Origin: Kiritimatiellia bacterium
GTDB taxonomy: Bacteria; Verrucomicrobiota; Kiritimatiellia; RFP12; JAAYLN01
Length of the DNA: 64,000 nucleotides
Assembly: GCA_017962605.1 (NCBI GenBank)
Contig: JAGCUY010000007.1
Coordinates: forward strand, 752 to 64,751
Reading direction: 5' to 3'
Of the stretch, positions 46,301 through 53,987 are shown piece by piece; the first letter of the stretch is position 1, and each line of letters starts with the position of its first letter. Below the pieces are notes generated by a model, which saw nothing but the letters and a program-made list of their open reading frames with translations, ran no database searches and was not told the DNA's origin. The translations under genes were made by a program, and so were the position numbers.

Positions 46301-46976
46301 CGGCGCGCTGGGCGCCCTCTGGAACCCCACTGACAACCTCCGCCTCCACTTCATCTACAGCCACGACTACGTGTCATCGGCGGTGAAGAACATCGACTAC
46401 CACGGCGTGAGCGCGAACATGCTGTGGAAGCCGGAGGACGGCTGGAACGTGAACAGCATGGTGCAGTACAGGACCTACAGCGACGACAACGCCTTCTACA
46501 ACGGCATGGTCGAATCCATGTGGGAGACAAGCCAGGACAGTGGCATCTGGGCCGGCCTGCAGCTCTCTACCGTCTCCACCAGCGAACCGCACGACTTCTA
46601 CTGGACACCGTATTGGGACCAGCGCGCCCTGGGCGTCCTCCGCTACACGCAGAACCGCGAGGGCTACCACCTTTCGCTCAGCCTCCTCGGCGGCCTCCAC
46701 CGGGACGAGGCGCGTTCGGACCGCCTTTACGAGACGGAGGTGACCCACGAGAAGGTCGTCGTGGTGGATGGTGTGGAAAATACCGTCAAGGAGACCGGAA
46801 CCGAATACGTGGTCATGGAGACCGGAGCCGCCGGGTGGCATAAGATCTGGGGCTTCTCCGCCAGCTACGAGAAAGACCTTTCCCCGAACTTCACGCTGAT
46901 CATGGAGGGGCAGGTCATGGCGCTGCGCGACTACATCGACCACATGGCGCTCGTCTATCTGCGCGTGAATTTCTAG
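43317..46976 (+). CDS. Single-polypeptide TPR + CE4 polysaccharide deacetylase + C-terminal outer-membrane beta-barrel (PgaA/PgaB-like fusion) exopolysaccharide export/modification protein
   Basis: ATG at 43317 gives signal peptide 'AAALALAALALFCANA'. About 450 aa of TPR helices follow. NodB-like 'KYFTVFFDGDLRSS'. The C-terminal ~400 aa have alternating beta-strand character, and the terminal 'YLRVNF' aromatic residue is typical of OM barrels. Confidence 0.55.
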   Translation: MNNSSLHRIPPAAALALAALALFCANAEPPRFLAPMPGKEEEKTTTDILPIPPEATEEQKEEYEKVIEKARTDDVSVTDQAALMYRGLACLVDEEYEESIPFFEEALRRDPSLQAAWEGLGWAHIRIDDKKTAKAIWDYFRRLMPEQPLPYALLGQMAVLEYDWPLADRHFKKSLELKPDQFDVRYWYAQNLMRLGKASEAEDIFRALIKLEPDRLDIEIDLAGLLVQRLEYNEAVEIYRRVNDEIPDNPRFLLEEALLELKVGEVTRADELCQQVLELEPSNLDAMRLRADIAEIVGLNDISPLRDLIDQTDDPLQRAALRIRLANRCLLENRSKPGQYEQDMILGLIHDAIKDNPASVEYRILYAQLLVMDNQYAKARAVANAVLERFNRANFDAKQVLLEVDMRESKYDDALQVLSDLYSGLSADDPMAHYYRARIYTLQGRYADAKREIDFIEAAASQGAVLSLVYTALTESDWTPATSVRRLHEHILALQQEGWILVPPAEIERLLRPPEGERRSGGVAKESIPLTAKLVDYFRWCFTGKRKYPSEDSSSAIAKPKKYFTVFFDGDLRSSLLLGNEVAEDFGVPFGIFVPTGPSKEYVPSRAGWDELRDYAQSGNWVVGSQLHYAYEKKPVDKDSLDWRPPLPNRIWLPEKNRIESMGEWDKRVRTEFRMSRNVLRHEMGADDSAVPMVAYPFNDVGQAGACNLYSVRDPIGTIVAEAARSYRLGFVQSQSGYTLYGDNLLLCRRYAPSWTDEGADVVRHAYEYHPLFIARKLRAEVAMLMNHPNEANAMADVLKRDGYPDELCRQLDAAIHSHFQNKPTRERPPLVVEEDYYDDNTNVVIASSVNEGTGNPLIRFDHPFVGALAMHSKANDQIETFEYGARAGIDLSRNTTLAFEFTNGRMEQTVRPRWDAVIITNVPYSKSKYKFKMETQTIKGTLTHRNESGTILSATLGIAKKSRVSTSVSLTDINLQDDLNSHVFTLDDDDSTVVGALGALWNPTDNLRLHFIYSHDYVSSAVKNIDYHGVSANMLWKPEDGWNVNSMVQYRTYSDDNAFYNGMVESMWETSQDSGIWAGLQLSTVSTSEPHDFYWTPYWDQRALGVLRYTQNREGYHLSLSLLGGLHRDEARSDRLYETEVTHEKVVVVDGVENTVKETGTEYVVMETGAAGWHKIWGFSASYEKDLSPNFTLIMEGQVMALRDYIDHMALVYLRVNF

Positions 46977-47030
46977 CCATAACCTGAAGATTTGGTAGCA
47001 TACTTAAGTTTTCTACAAGGAGAAGCAGTC

Positions 47031-49271
47031 ATGATTAAAGAAAAGGCAATTGAGATTTGGAGTTTCTTCCGCGCGGCCGGCGTGCTGCAGGCGGTAGTGG
47101 ACGCAAAGGCGTTCCGCGCGCTCAAGGAGCTGCCCAACGAGAACTGGGCCGTGCTGAGCTGCCCGACTACCGGGCTTGACTTCGATGCCCGCACGCTCTC
47201 CTTCATGGACGGCAACGGCGACGGCCACATCCGCATCGAGGAGGTCCTGGGCGCGCTCGCCTGGATGGAGAAGCGCATCGGCGACATGGCCGAGCTTCTC
47301 GACGAGAAGGACGAGGTCGCGCTGTCTTCGTTGTCCGGCACCGACGAGGGCAAGGCCCTCGCCGCTGCGGCGCGTGCTGTGCTGAAGGCCGTAGGCAAGG
47401 ATGGCGCCGCGTCGCTTTCATTGGCCGACGTGCTGGCCCGCTCCGCTTCGTTCAAGGCGGCCGACTTCAATGGCGACGGCGTCCTGGTTCCGGCGGCGGC
47501 CAAGGAAGCGGGCCTTGACGGGCTTATCGGCGAAATCCTCTCGGCCACCGGCGGCGTTTCCGACAGGAGCGGCGCCAACGGCGTGGACAAGGCGACCCTC
47601 GAGGCCTTCTACTCCGACTGCGCCGCATGGCTGGCCTGGCTGGACGCCGGCCGCGCCGACGCGGCGAAGACGCTTCCTCTCGGCGACGCCACCGAGGGCG
47701 CCGTCGCGGCGTTGGATGCCGTGCGCGCCAAGATCGACGACTTCTTCGGCCGCTGCGACCTGATCGCCTTCGACGGCGCGGCATCCGCGGCCCTCAACTG
47801 CGGGGAAGGGGACTACGCGGCAATCGGCAAGGAAGAGGTCGCCGCAGGCGCCGACGCCATCGCCGCCTTCCCGCTGGCCAAGGCCGCGGCTGGCGCGGCC
47901 CTCGACCTCGGCGGCGCCATCAACCCGCAGTGGCGCGCGAGGATCGACGACTTCATCGCCAAGGCGCTCAAGCCGACGCTCGGCGAAAAGGCATCGCTGA
48001 CGCGCGAGGACTGGGCGAAGGTCAAGGCGAACTTCGCTCCCTTCATCGCCTGGAAGGCGTCGGTCGCCGGCGCCCGCGTGGCGGGGCTTGGCGAGGCGCG
48101 TGTCCGCGAGATCGTCGCCGACGCCAAGGCGAAGGACACCCTCGTCGCCCTAATGGACAAGGACCTGTCCTACTCCGGCGAGATCGACCAGCTCGATGAC
48201 CTTGAGAAGTTCCTGCGCTACCACGCGAACCTCAACCGCTTCCTCAACAACTACGTCAATTTCTCCGACTACTACAACCCGGACCGCCCCGAGATATACC
48301 GCGCCGGACGCCTCTACATCGACGGGCGCGTCTGCCGGGAGTGCGTCTATGTGGCCGACGTCGGCGCGCACTCGACCCTCGCCGCGTCAAGCAAGATGTT
48401 CCTGGCCTACTGCAAGGTCACGCGGCCGCAGACGGGCGAGACGCGCACCATCTGCGCGGCGGTTACGGCGGGCTTCTCCTCGACGCTCTGGGTCGGCCGC
48501 AACGGCATCTTCTACGATGCGCAGGGCAACGATTGGAACGCCGTCATCATAAAGGTGTGCGAATGCCAGATCAGCCTGAAGGAAGCCTTCTGGGCGCCGT
48601 GGCTGAAGATCAGCGAGCTTATCAGCGACCAGATCAAGAAACTGCTCTCGTCCAAGGAGACGGCCATGATGTCGGCCGCGACGACCAAGGTCGGCACGAT
48701 TGGCGAGCAGCCGGCGGCCGCGCCTGCGGCGGAGCCGAAGCGCGACGGCGCCGCGATGGCCTCGTCGGTTGCGGCGATCGGCATTGCGATTGGCATCATC
48801 GGCTCGGCGATTGGCGGGCTGGTCTCCGCGCTGAAGGGCATCTCCTTCTGGTATGGCGTGCTTGGCGTGGCGGCAATCGTGCTTGCCGTGTCCGGTCCGT
48901 CGGTTATCCTGGCCTGGTTCAAGCTGCGGTCGCGTGACTTCGCGCCGGTGCTGAACGCATGCGGCTGGGCCATCAACAAGAAGATGCTCATGCCGATGCG
49001 CCTCTCTCGCGTCTTCACGCACGAGGCGGTCATCCCGGTTGGCTCCAACATCAAGCTCGAAGACCCCTATGTCGAGAAGCACTTCTGGCGCAAGACGCTC
49101 ATCGTGGTCCTTGTTCTGGCGGGGTTGGGATTCTGGGTTTGGAAGTGGCACAACAACTGGCTGCCGGAGTCGCTACAGCGCAAGGCCCCCGTCGCCGAGC
49201 AGGCGGCGGAGGCCGCGCCCTGCGCCGACGAAGCCCCGGCTGAACAGCCGGCAGAGCCTAAGGCTGACTAG
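47031..49271 (+). CDS. Hypothetical membrane protein with EF-hand-like Ca-binding loops and C-terminal TM helices
   Basis: RBS 'aaggag' plus ATG at 47031. 'DGNGDGHIRIEE' and 'DFNGDGVLV' are EF-hand-like loops. The C-terminus has 'IGIAIGIIGSAIGGLVSAL' and two further TM helices, plus an acidic tail. Confidence 0.4.
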   Translation: MIKEKAIEIWSFFRAAGVLQAVVDAKAFRALKELPNENWAVLSCPTTGLDFDARTLSFMDGNGDGHIRIEEVLGALAWMEKRIGDMAELLDEKDEVALSSLSGTDEGKALAAAARAVLKAVGKDGAASLSLADVLARSASFKAADFNGDGVLVPAAAKEAGLDGLIGEILSATGGVSDRSGANGVDKATLEAFYSDCAAWLAWLDAGRADAAKTLPLGDATEGAVAALDAVRAKIDDFFGRCDLIAFDGAASAALNCGEGDYAAIGKEEVAAGADAIAAFPLAKAAAGAALDLGGAINPQWRARIDDFIAKALKPTLGEKASLTREDWAKVKANFAPFIAWKASVAGARVAGLGEARVREIVADAKAKDTLVALMDKDLSYSGEIDQLDDLEKFLRYHANLNRFLNNYVNFSDYYNPDRPEIYRAGRLYIDGRVCRECVYVADVGAHSTLAASSKMFLAYCKVTRPQTGETRTICAAVTAGFSSTLWVGRNGIFYDAQGNDWNAVIIKVCECQISLKEAFWAPWLKISELISDQIKKLLSSKETAMMSAATTKVGTIGEQPAAAPAAEPKRDGAAMASSVAAIGIAIGIIGSAIGGLVSALKGISFWYGVLGVAAIVLAVSGPSVILAWFKLRSRDFAPVLNACGWAINKKMLMPMRLSRVFTHEAVIPVGSNIKLEDPYVEKHFWRKTLIVVLVLAGLGFWVWKWHNNWLPESLQRKAPVAEQAAEAAPCADEAPAEQPAEPKAD

Positions 49272-49274
49272 CCT

Positions 49275-49400
49275 GGCGCCTCCGCGCCAGACATCTAAAC
49301 TTCCCAGGCGCGCCAACGCCAAACTTCCAAACTTCGCCCGAAGGGCTCAAACTTCCAGGGCGCGCTAGCGCACACTTCTCGCCCTTTCGGGCAAGGGAAA
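49275..49400 (-). repeat. Inverted copy of the 'gggcgaagtttgg' repeat element
   Basis: 'ccaacgccaaacttccaaacttcgcccgaagggctcaaacttccagggcgcgc' is the reverse complement of the 42315/43116 copies. Confidence 0.7.
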
Positions 49401-49634
49401 CACCCTTCTGTCTGAAAGATTTTTCCATAATATCGCATTTTGAGGAGCGAGGAGGCGAGGCAATTCGCTACGAAAAGTGTGTCGTAGGCTGGATAATTCG
49501 CTACGAAAAGTGTTGCTGGGTGGATGGACCTTAGAAAGTCTGGCGGCGAACTCTACTATAGGCGTGACTATTCCGCCCACCTGAACGAATACAGCGGAAT
49601 CTTCACCATGATGAATATTTCGGTGCATTGTCCC

Positions 49635-49662
49635 TTGACAGAAGGGCAGAAAATGTGATATT
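49635..49662 (+). promoter_or_regulatory. Sigma70-like promoter (TTGACA-16-tgtGATATT) upstream of hipB-like gene
   Basis: 'ttgaca' at 49635 and 'gatatt' at 49657. ATG at 49673 gives a very short leader. Confidence 0.35.
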
Positions 49663-49672
49663 CTTCAATATA

Positions 49673-49888
49673 ATGAAAATTGATGAGATAGGATCGTTTC
49701 TTGCACAACGGCGCAAGTCGCTGAAAGTCTGCCAGCGGGATTTGGCGGCCTTGAGCGGCGTTTCCGAACACGCGCTTGTCAATCTGGAACGCGGCATCGG
49801 CAACCCCACCCTAAAACTTGTCAATGCGGTGGCCGATGCATTGGGACTTGAACTTAACCTTTCCGTGAAGGACCAGGAGGCGACATGA
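49673..49888 (+). CDS. hipB: XRE-family HTH antitoxin (HipB-like)
   Basis: HTH 'LKVCQRDLAALSGVSEHALVNLERG'. It lies immediately upstream of the HipS/HipT-like genes. Confidence 0.6.
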   Translation: MKIDEIGSFLAQRRKSLKVCQRDLAALSGVSEHALVNLERGIGNPTLKLVNAVADALGLELNLSVKDQEAT

Positions 49889-50202
49889 AATGCGTTACGG
49901 TTTATGTGAAGGGGGTCGAGGCCGGTGTGCTTGCCCGCTTTCGAAACGGCAGCTATGAATTCCGCTATACGCGCCGTTATCAGGAAAGCGCGAGGCCGTC
50001 GGTAGCCTTTTCCCTTCCAAAGCGCAAGGCCGTTCATCGCTCGGCAAAGTTGTTCCCTTTCTTTTTTGGGCTGCTTGCCGAGGGCGAGCAGAAGCGAATG
50101 CAGTGCCGGACATTGCGGATTGACGAAAACGATCATTTTTCCCGCCTTGCGGAGACCTGCAGGGAGGGGACAATAGGAGCCGTGTATGTCCTCCCGCGCT
50201 AA
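49885..50202 (+). CDS. hipS: HipS-like protein (stand-alone HipA N-terminal subdomain)
   Basis: 105 aa; RBS 'caggagg'. It corresponds to the HipA_N region and overlaps the downstream kinase by 17 nt. Confidence 0.6.
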   Translation: MKCVTVYVKGVEAGVLARFRNGSYEFRYTRRYQESARPSVAFSLPKRKAVHRSAKLFPFFFGLLAEGEQKRMQCRTLRIDENDHFSRLAETCREGTIGAVYVLPR

Positions 50203-51097
50203 AGTCCCTGATACACTGCCGTTCACTAAAGCGGACCTGAGGCTTCCGGTTATCGCGCGAAAGGGACGGCGAAACTCAATTTCCGGAGTTCAGCCCAAGG
50301 TTTTGCTTTCGATTGTCAAGGGTGAACTTGCGGTTGTGGAGACCGGTGGTGACTTCATTCTCAAGCCCGCTCCGGAGGATTCCCGCGCCAAGTTTCTGTC
50401 GGACATTCCGGCAAACGAGCACTTGACGATGACAATCGCATCACGGCTGTTTCGAATCCAAACGGCGGAAAACAAATGTGTCCGCTTTGCCGACGGGGAA
50501 CTCGCGTACCTTACTCGCCGTTTTGACCGCAGGGGCGGCGAAACCCTCAGACAAGAGGATCTTTGCCAGATTGCCGGGCGCAGCGAGGAAACCCATGGCG
50601 AGTCCTACAAGTATGACTTCAGCTACGAGGAAATGGCCGACATCATCCGAATGGCCTGCCCAGCCTGTCGCGTGGAACTGCCGAAGGTCTTTCGGCAGAT
50701 TGTATTCGACTACATTTTTGCCAACGGCGATGCCCACTTGAAGAATTTCTCAGTCTATGAAAGCAAACTGGGCGACTATGTGATGACGCCTGCCTACGAT
50801 TTGCTCAACACTTTTTTGCATTATCCGGGCGACCCAACATTCATGGCATTGTCCCTTTTTGGCGATCCTGATTTCATGACGCCGGAGTTTGAGCATCTTG
50901 GCTATTACTCGACACCGGACTTTGTGGCATTGGGGCGGGCCTATGGGCTTGACGATCGGGCCGTTTGCAGGATTCTGGATGAATTCAAGACGAATTCAAA
51001 AAAGGTGGAATTGATGGTCAGGGACTCCCTTTTGTCCGAAGATGCGAAAAAGGAATACCTTTGCATCTTCTACGACCGCCTCGCAATGTTTCGCTGA
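50186..51097 (+). CDS. hipT: HipT-like Ser/Thr kinase toxin (HipA C-terminal kinase core)
   Basis: P-loop-like 'ISGVQPKVLL' and catalytic 'GDAHLKNFSV' (DxHxKN) are present. Confidence 0.7.
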   Translation: MSSRAKVPDTLPFTKADLRLPVIARKGRRNSISGVQPKVLLSIVKGELAVVETGGDFILKPAPEDSRAKFLSDIPANEHLTMTIASRLFRIQTAENKCVRFADGELAYLTRRFDRRGGETLRQEDLCQIAGRSEETHGESYKYDFSYEEMADIIRMACPACRVELPKVFRQIVFDYIFANGDAHLKNFSVYESKLGDYVMTPAYDLLNTFLHYPGDPTFMALSLFGDPDFMTPEFEHLGYYSTPDFVALGRAYGLDDRAVCRILDEFKTNSKKVELMVRDSLLSEDAKKEYLCIFYDRLAMFR

Positions 51098-51175
51098 TAT
51101 GCCGGCGAGATGGCGGCACGGTCATGCGGCTGCAATGAAGTGACTTGAGGCTTCCAAAAATCTGCGGGAAATGCC

Positions 51176-52957
51176 CTATTTCGCCGTGAGGGCGGGGTCG
51201 GCGTAGGCCCCTTCGCCTGTCGGCGGGAAATACCAGGTGATGAATGAAGGCGGCGAGAAGTTGACGCCGTCGTCCGCCACGCATATCACGTCGGCTCGGC
51301 AGGACTCGACTCCGAAGGGGGTGGCGAACGGCGACTCGTGGCGCTTGATGTTGATTTCAACCATGCGGCCATTCGGGGCAAGTTCGCGTATGGCGATTTT
51401 GTCCTGGTCGCCCTGTCCCACGAACCAGTGGAAGACAAGGTCCTTGTTGTTTTCGGGGAAGAGGGCGGAGACGACCATCTTGCGGCTGTCGGGCTTGGCG
51501 CGCCAGACGCGCGCGATGGCGAATGGAGAGTCGAAGATCCGTTCGCCGCGCTTGTCGTCGTAGTCGCGGCCGGGGACGAACGATGCGGACTCGTCGGCGA
51601 GGATCCGCAGGGGCGCGATCGGCGGCAGGGCGTTGGTTTCAATCGAGTGGGCGAGCATGGCCAGACGCAGGGTGTCGATGGCTTTGCCGTTGAATATGAC
51701 CGGGTGCGCAGCGGGCGTGAGGTAGTCGGCGCGGCGAACGACATTGGTCTGCGCCATGCGGAGGAGATACTGGAGGGTAGGGGCTATGTGGCCATGCGCT
51801 GCGAGGGCGTCCTTGGTCTCGGGGCGGAATGCTGCGAGGGCGGTTGCGAGGCAGGCGAGGATCGGTCGGTCGGTCCAGGATGAGCCGGGTGCGATGAAGA
51901 GGTATGGCGTGCGGGAGGGGAAGACGTCGCCGTGGATGGAGGGGAGGTAGTCGTGGTGCTGTGGATAGACGTAGGTGGTGTTGGAGAGGTATTGCTGTAG
52001 GAGTATGTGAGGGAATTCGTTCTGGAGCCTGCGGGCGCACGACCCCCACAGCGGGCCGGAGGTGTTGGCCGTGGAGGAGTTGCCGATTGCGATGCGGCCG
52101 GGGAAGTTGAAGAGCGAGACGCCGGTGTCGGTGCCCGCGTCGCGGGATTCCGCGCAGTGCGTGGTAGGAGTGAGGCCGGTGAATGGAGTGACGTCGAGTT
52201 TGGAGTGGCCCCGGTCGTGGTTGTCGTAGAGGTCGCCGGCGTTGCCGGAGGCGGTGCCTTCGGACAGCCATGCGTTGATGGCGGCGCCGGTCTTGCCGGG
52301 GATGGCGGTGGAGCGCGGTGCGTATAGGACTGATGGGGAGCGCGGCGTGAAGAGAGTTGAGAAGCCGCCCGCTTCCATGTTCCATACGGTGTTTGATGTG
52401 GTGATTGGCGCGGTGAGTTCGACCGCGAGGGGATGCGGGGTGCCGGGAACGGTCTCCGGGTGTTCGTGGTTGGAGCGGATGATGGTGAGCGCCCGCTGGA
52501 AGGCCGGATCCCGGCGGAGGAGCGCGAGGTCGGTGTCGGCTGCGGCGCCGTCGGCATCGGAGAAGCCGAGAATCGCCGCGGCGAGGAGCGCGGTGCGGGC
52601 CTCTGGGATTTGGCCGAGGCGGGTCTTGGCGCAGGCGAGGTTGTAGCGCCAGATGGGGTCGCGCGGGAAGAACGATACGGCGTTGGAGCTGATTGTCTCC
52701 ATGGCCGCGTAGTCTGAAGCGGCCATCGCGCGCTTGAAGTCCGCCAGTAAAGCGTTGTGGGCGGGGAATGCCTCCTGGAGTCCAAAGACGGTGGTGGCGG
52801 GAGGAAGGTAGATTGTGTTTTGCGCCTTTGGCTCCTCGGCGGCCTGAGTCGCCTCTGGCGACGATGCCTGGGCCTCGGCGGCCCCAGGCCCACTCTGGCC
52901 AAACGCAATTTGGCCATTGATACAGGCGATGACGAGGAGAGTGGCTGCGAACTTCAT
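51176..52957 (-). CDS. Secreted hypothetical protein
   Basis: ATG at 52957 gives signal peptide 'MKFAATLLVIACINGQIAFGQ' (the track start at 52984 is GTG). No recognised domain. Confidence 0.4.
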   Translation of the reverse strand: MKFAATLLVIACINGQIAFGQSGPGAAEAQASSPEATQAAEEPKAQNTIYLPPATTVFGLQEAFPAHNALLADFKRAMAASDYAAMETISSNAVSFFPRDPIWRYNLACAKTRLGQIPEARTALLAAAILGFSDADGAAADTDLALLRRDPAFQRALTIIRSNHEHPETVPGTPHPLAVELTAPITTSNTVWNMEAGGFSTLFTPRSPSVLYAPRSTAIPGKTGAAINAWLSEGTASGNAGDLYDNHDRGHSKLDVTPFTGLTPTTHCAESRDAGTDTGVSLFNFPGRIAIGNSSTANTSGPLWGSCARRLQNEFPHILLQQYLSNTTYVYPQHHDYLPSIHGDVFPSRTPYLFIAPGSSWTDRPILACLATALAAFRPETKDALAAHGHIAPTLQYLLRMAQTNVVRRADYLTPAAHPVIFNGKAIDTLRLAMLAHSIETNALPPIAPLRILADESASFVPGRDYDDKRGERIFDSPFAIARVWRAKPDSRKMVVSALFPENNKDLVFHWFVGQGDQDKIAIRELAPNGRMVEINIKRHESPFATPFGVESCRADVICVADDGVNFSPPSFITWYFPPTGEGAYADPALTAK

Positions 52958-52988
52958 CGGATGCTGGATGCAGGATCTTTTCACGCTT

Positions 52989-53933
52989 TTACACTTTCAC
53001 GTTTTCCGCCAGGTTCCTTAGTATGGCGGGTGTGACGTCGGCGATGGACGTGCAGGATGAGAGGAGTGCGTCTGCGCCAGGGCCAGTGGCGATCAATGGC
53101 ACAGGGTTGAGGGTGTGGGTCTTCATCGCGATGGCCTCGATGTTGCCATGATCTGAAGAAAGCGCCGTGGAGATGCCCATTTCCGTGGCGAGGGGAAAGA
53201 GTGCGCCCAGGAAGGCGTCGAGGGTGCGCAGGACTGCGCATGCTGCTTCGTATGATCCAGAGTGGCCGACCTGGTCTGTGAGGAAGTATTCGAAAAGGGT
53301 GTAGTCGTAGCCCAGTGCGAGTTGGACGAGATGGTCAGCGGCTTCCTGAGGCGTGACGGTTGGCCCGTCGTAGCCCTTGGAAGCAAGGGATTCGCGGGTG
53401 ATGTCGTGGAGAAGTGCCTGGTTGTGGAGAAGGTCTGCGCGGAAGGAGAGCGTTTCGGGGACGGTGAGCGCGGCCGTGGTGGTCACGGAGCGGAAGCGGC
53501 GGGCGCGGAGTTCATCGGGGGAGTCGGCGAGGTAGGCGTCGGCAAAGCGTGCGCGGCGGCCATCGGCCTTGAGCATGGTGAAGATGTTTGATTCCTCTAC
53601 GAATGCGCGCAGGGTCGGCCCCGGGAAGCCTGTCACGTGGCGGCCCATGAAGGCCGCGGCGTTGCGGCCGCAGAAGAGCGCGGCCTGTCCGGTGGCGCTC
53701 TGGGGAAGTCCGGGAACGCCGAGGCAGGCGTCGAGCGGAACGCAGTGCGAGGCGAGCAGTTCGCAAATGGCGGGGCAGACCTCCGGGCGGATTGGATTGT
53801 CCGCCGCCGGAGCCCCGAGGCCGAAGCCATCTACGAATATGAAAAGCTGCTTCACGGTTGATGTTGGGTTTCTGCTCTGCGCCTGTTCGCCGCGCCGGGC
53901 GACGCGGCTATGTCGATTACAGAATAGCAACAA
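52989..53933 (-). CDS. Alkaline-phosphatase-superfamily metalloenzyme (iPGM/phosphopentomutase-like)
   Basis: 'LFIFVDGFGLG' and 'SSDHGNIE' are metalloenzyme-domain signatures. The start is uncertain: TTG at 53933, or GTG at 53855 ('VKQLF'). Confidence 0.45.
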   Translation of the reverse strand: MLLFCNRHSRVARRGEQAQSRNPTSTVKQLFIFVDGFGLGAPAADNPIRPEVCPAICELLASHCVPLDACLGVPGLPQSATGQAALFCGRNAAAFMGRHVTGFPGPTLRAFVEESNIFTMLKADGRRARFADAYLADSPDELRARRFRSVTTTAALTVPETLSFRADLLHNQALLHDITRESLASKGYDGPTVTPQEAADHLVQLALGYDYTLFEYFLTDQVGHSGSYEAACAVLRTLDAFLGALFPLATEMGISTALSSDHGNIEAIAMKTHTLNPVPLIATGPGADALLSSCTSIADVTPAILRNLAENVKV

Positions 53934-53954
53934 TCCCTTCTGAAGTCAAGAAGC

Positions 53955-53987
53955 TTGGAAAACCGATGCCATGCGGAATGGTATAAT
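53955..53987 (+). promoter_or_regulatory. Promoter with extended -10 'TGgTATAAT' (TTGGAA -35) giving a leaderless start at 53995
   Basis: The 21-nt stretch 'aatggtataatagatgccatga' is nearly identical to 'aatggtataattgtgccatga' at 23907. Confidence 0.45.

Noticed and set aside
49272-49292. Hairpin 'ctggcgcctccgcgccag' after the 47031..49271 gene, considered as an intrinsic terminator
   Set aside because: It is a 7-bp GC stem but is not followed by a T-tract. It may be part of the adjacent repeat element rather than a rho-independent terminator.
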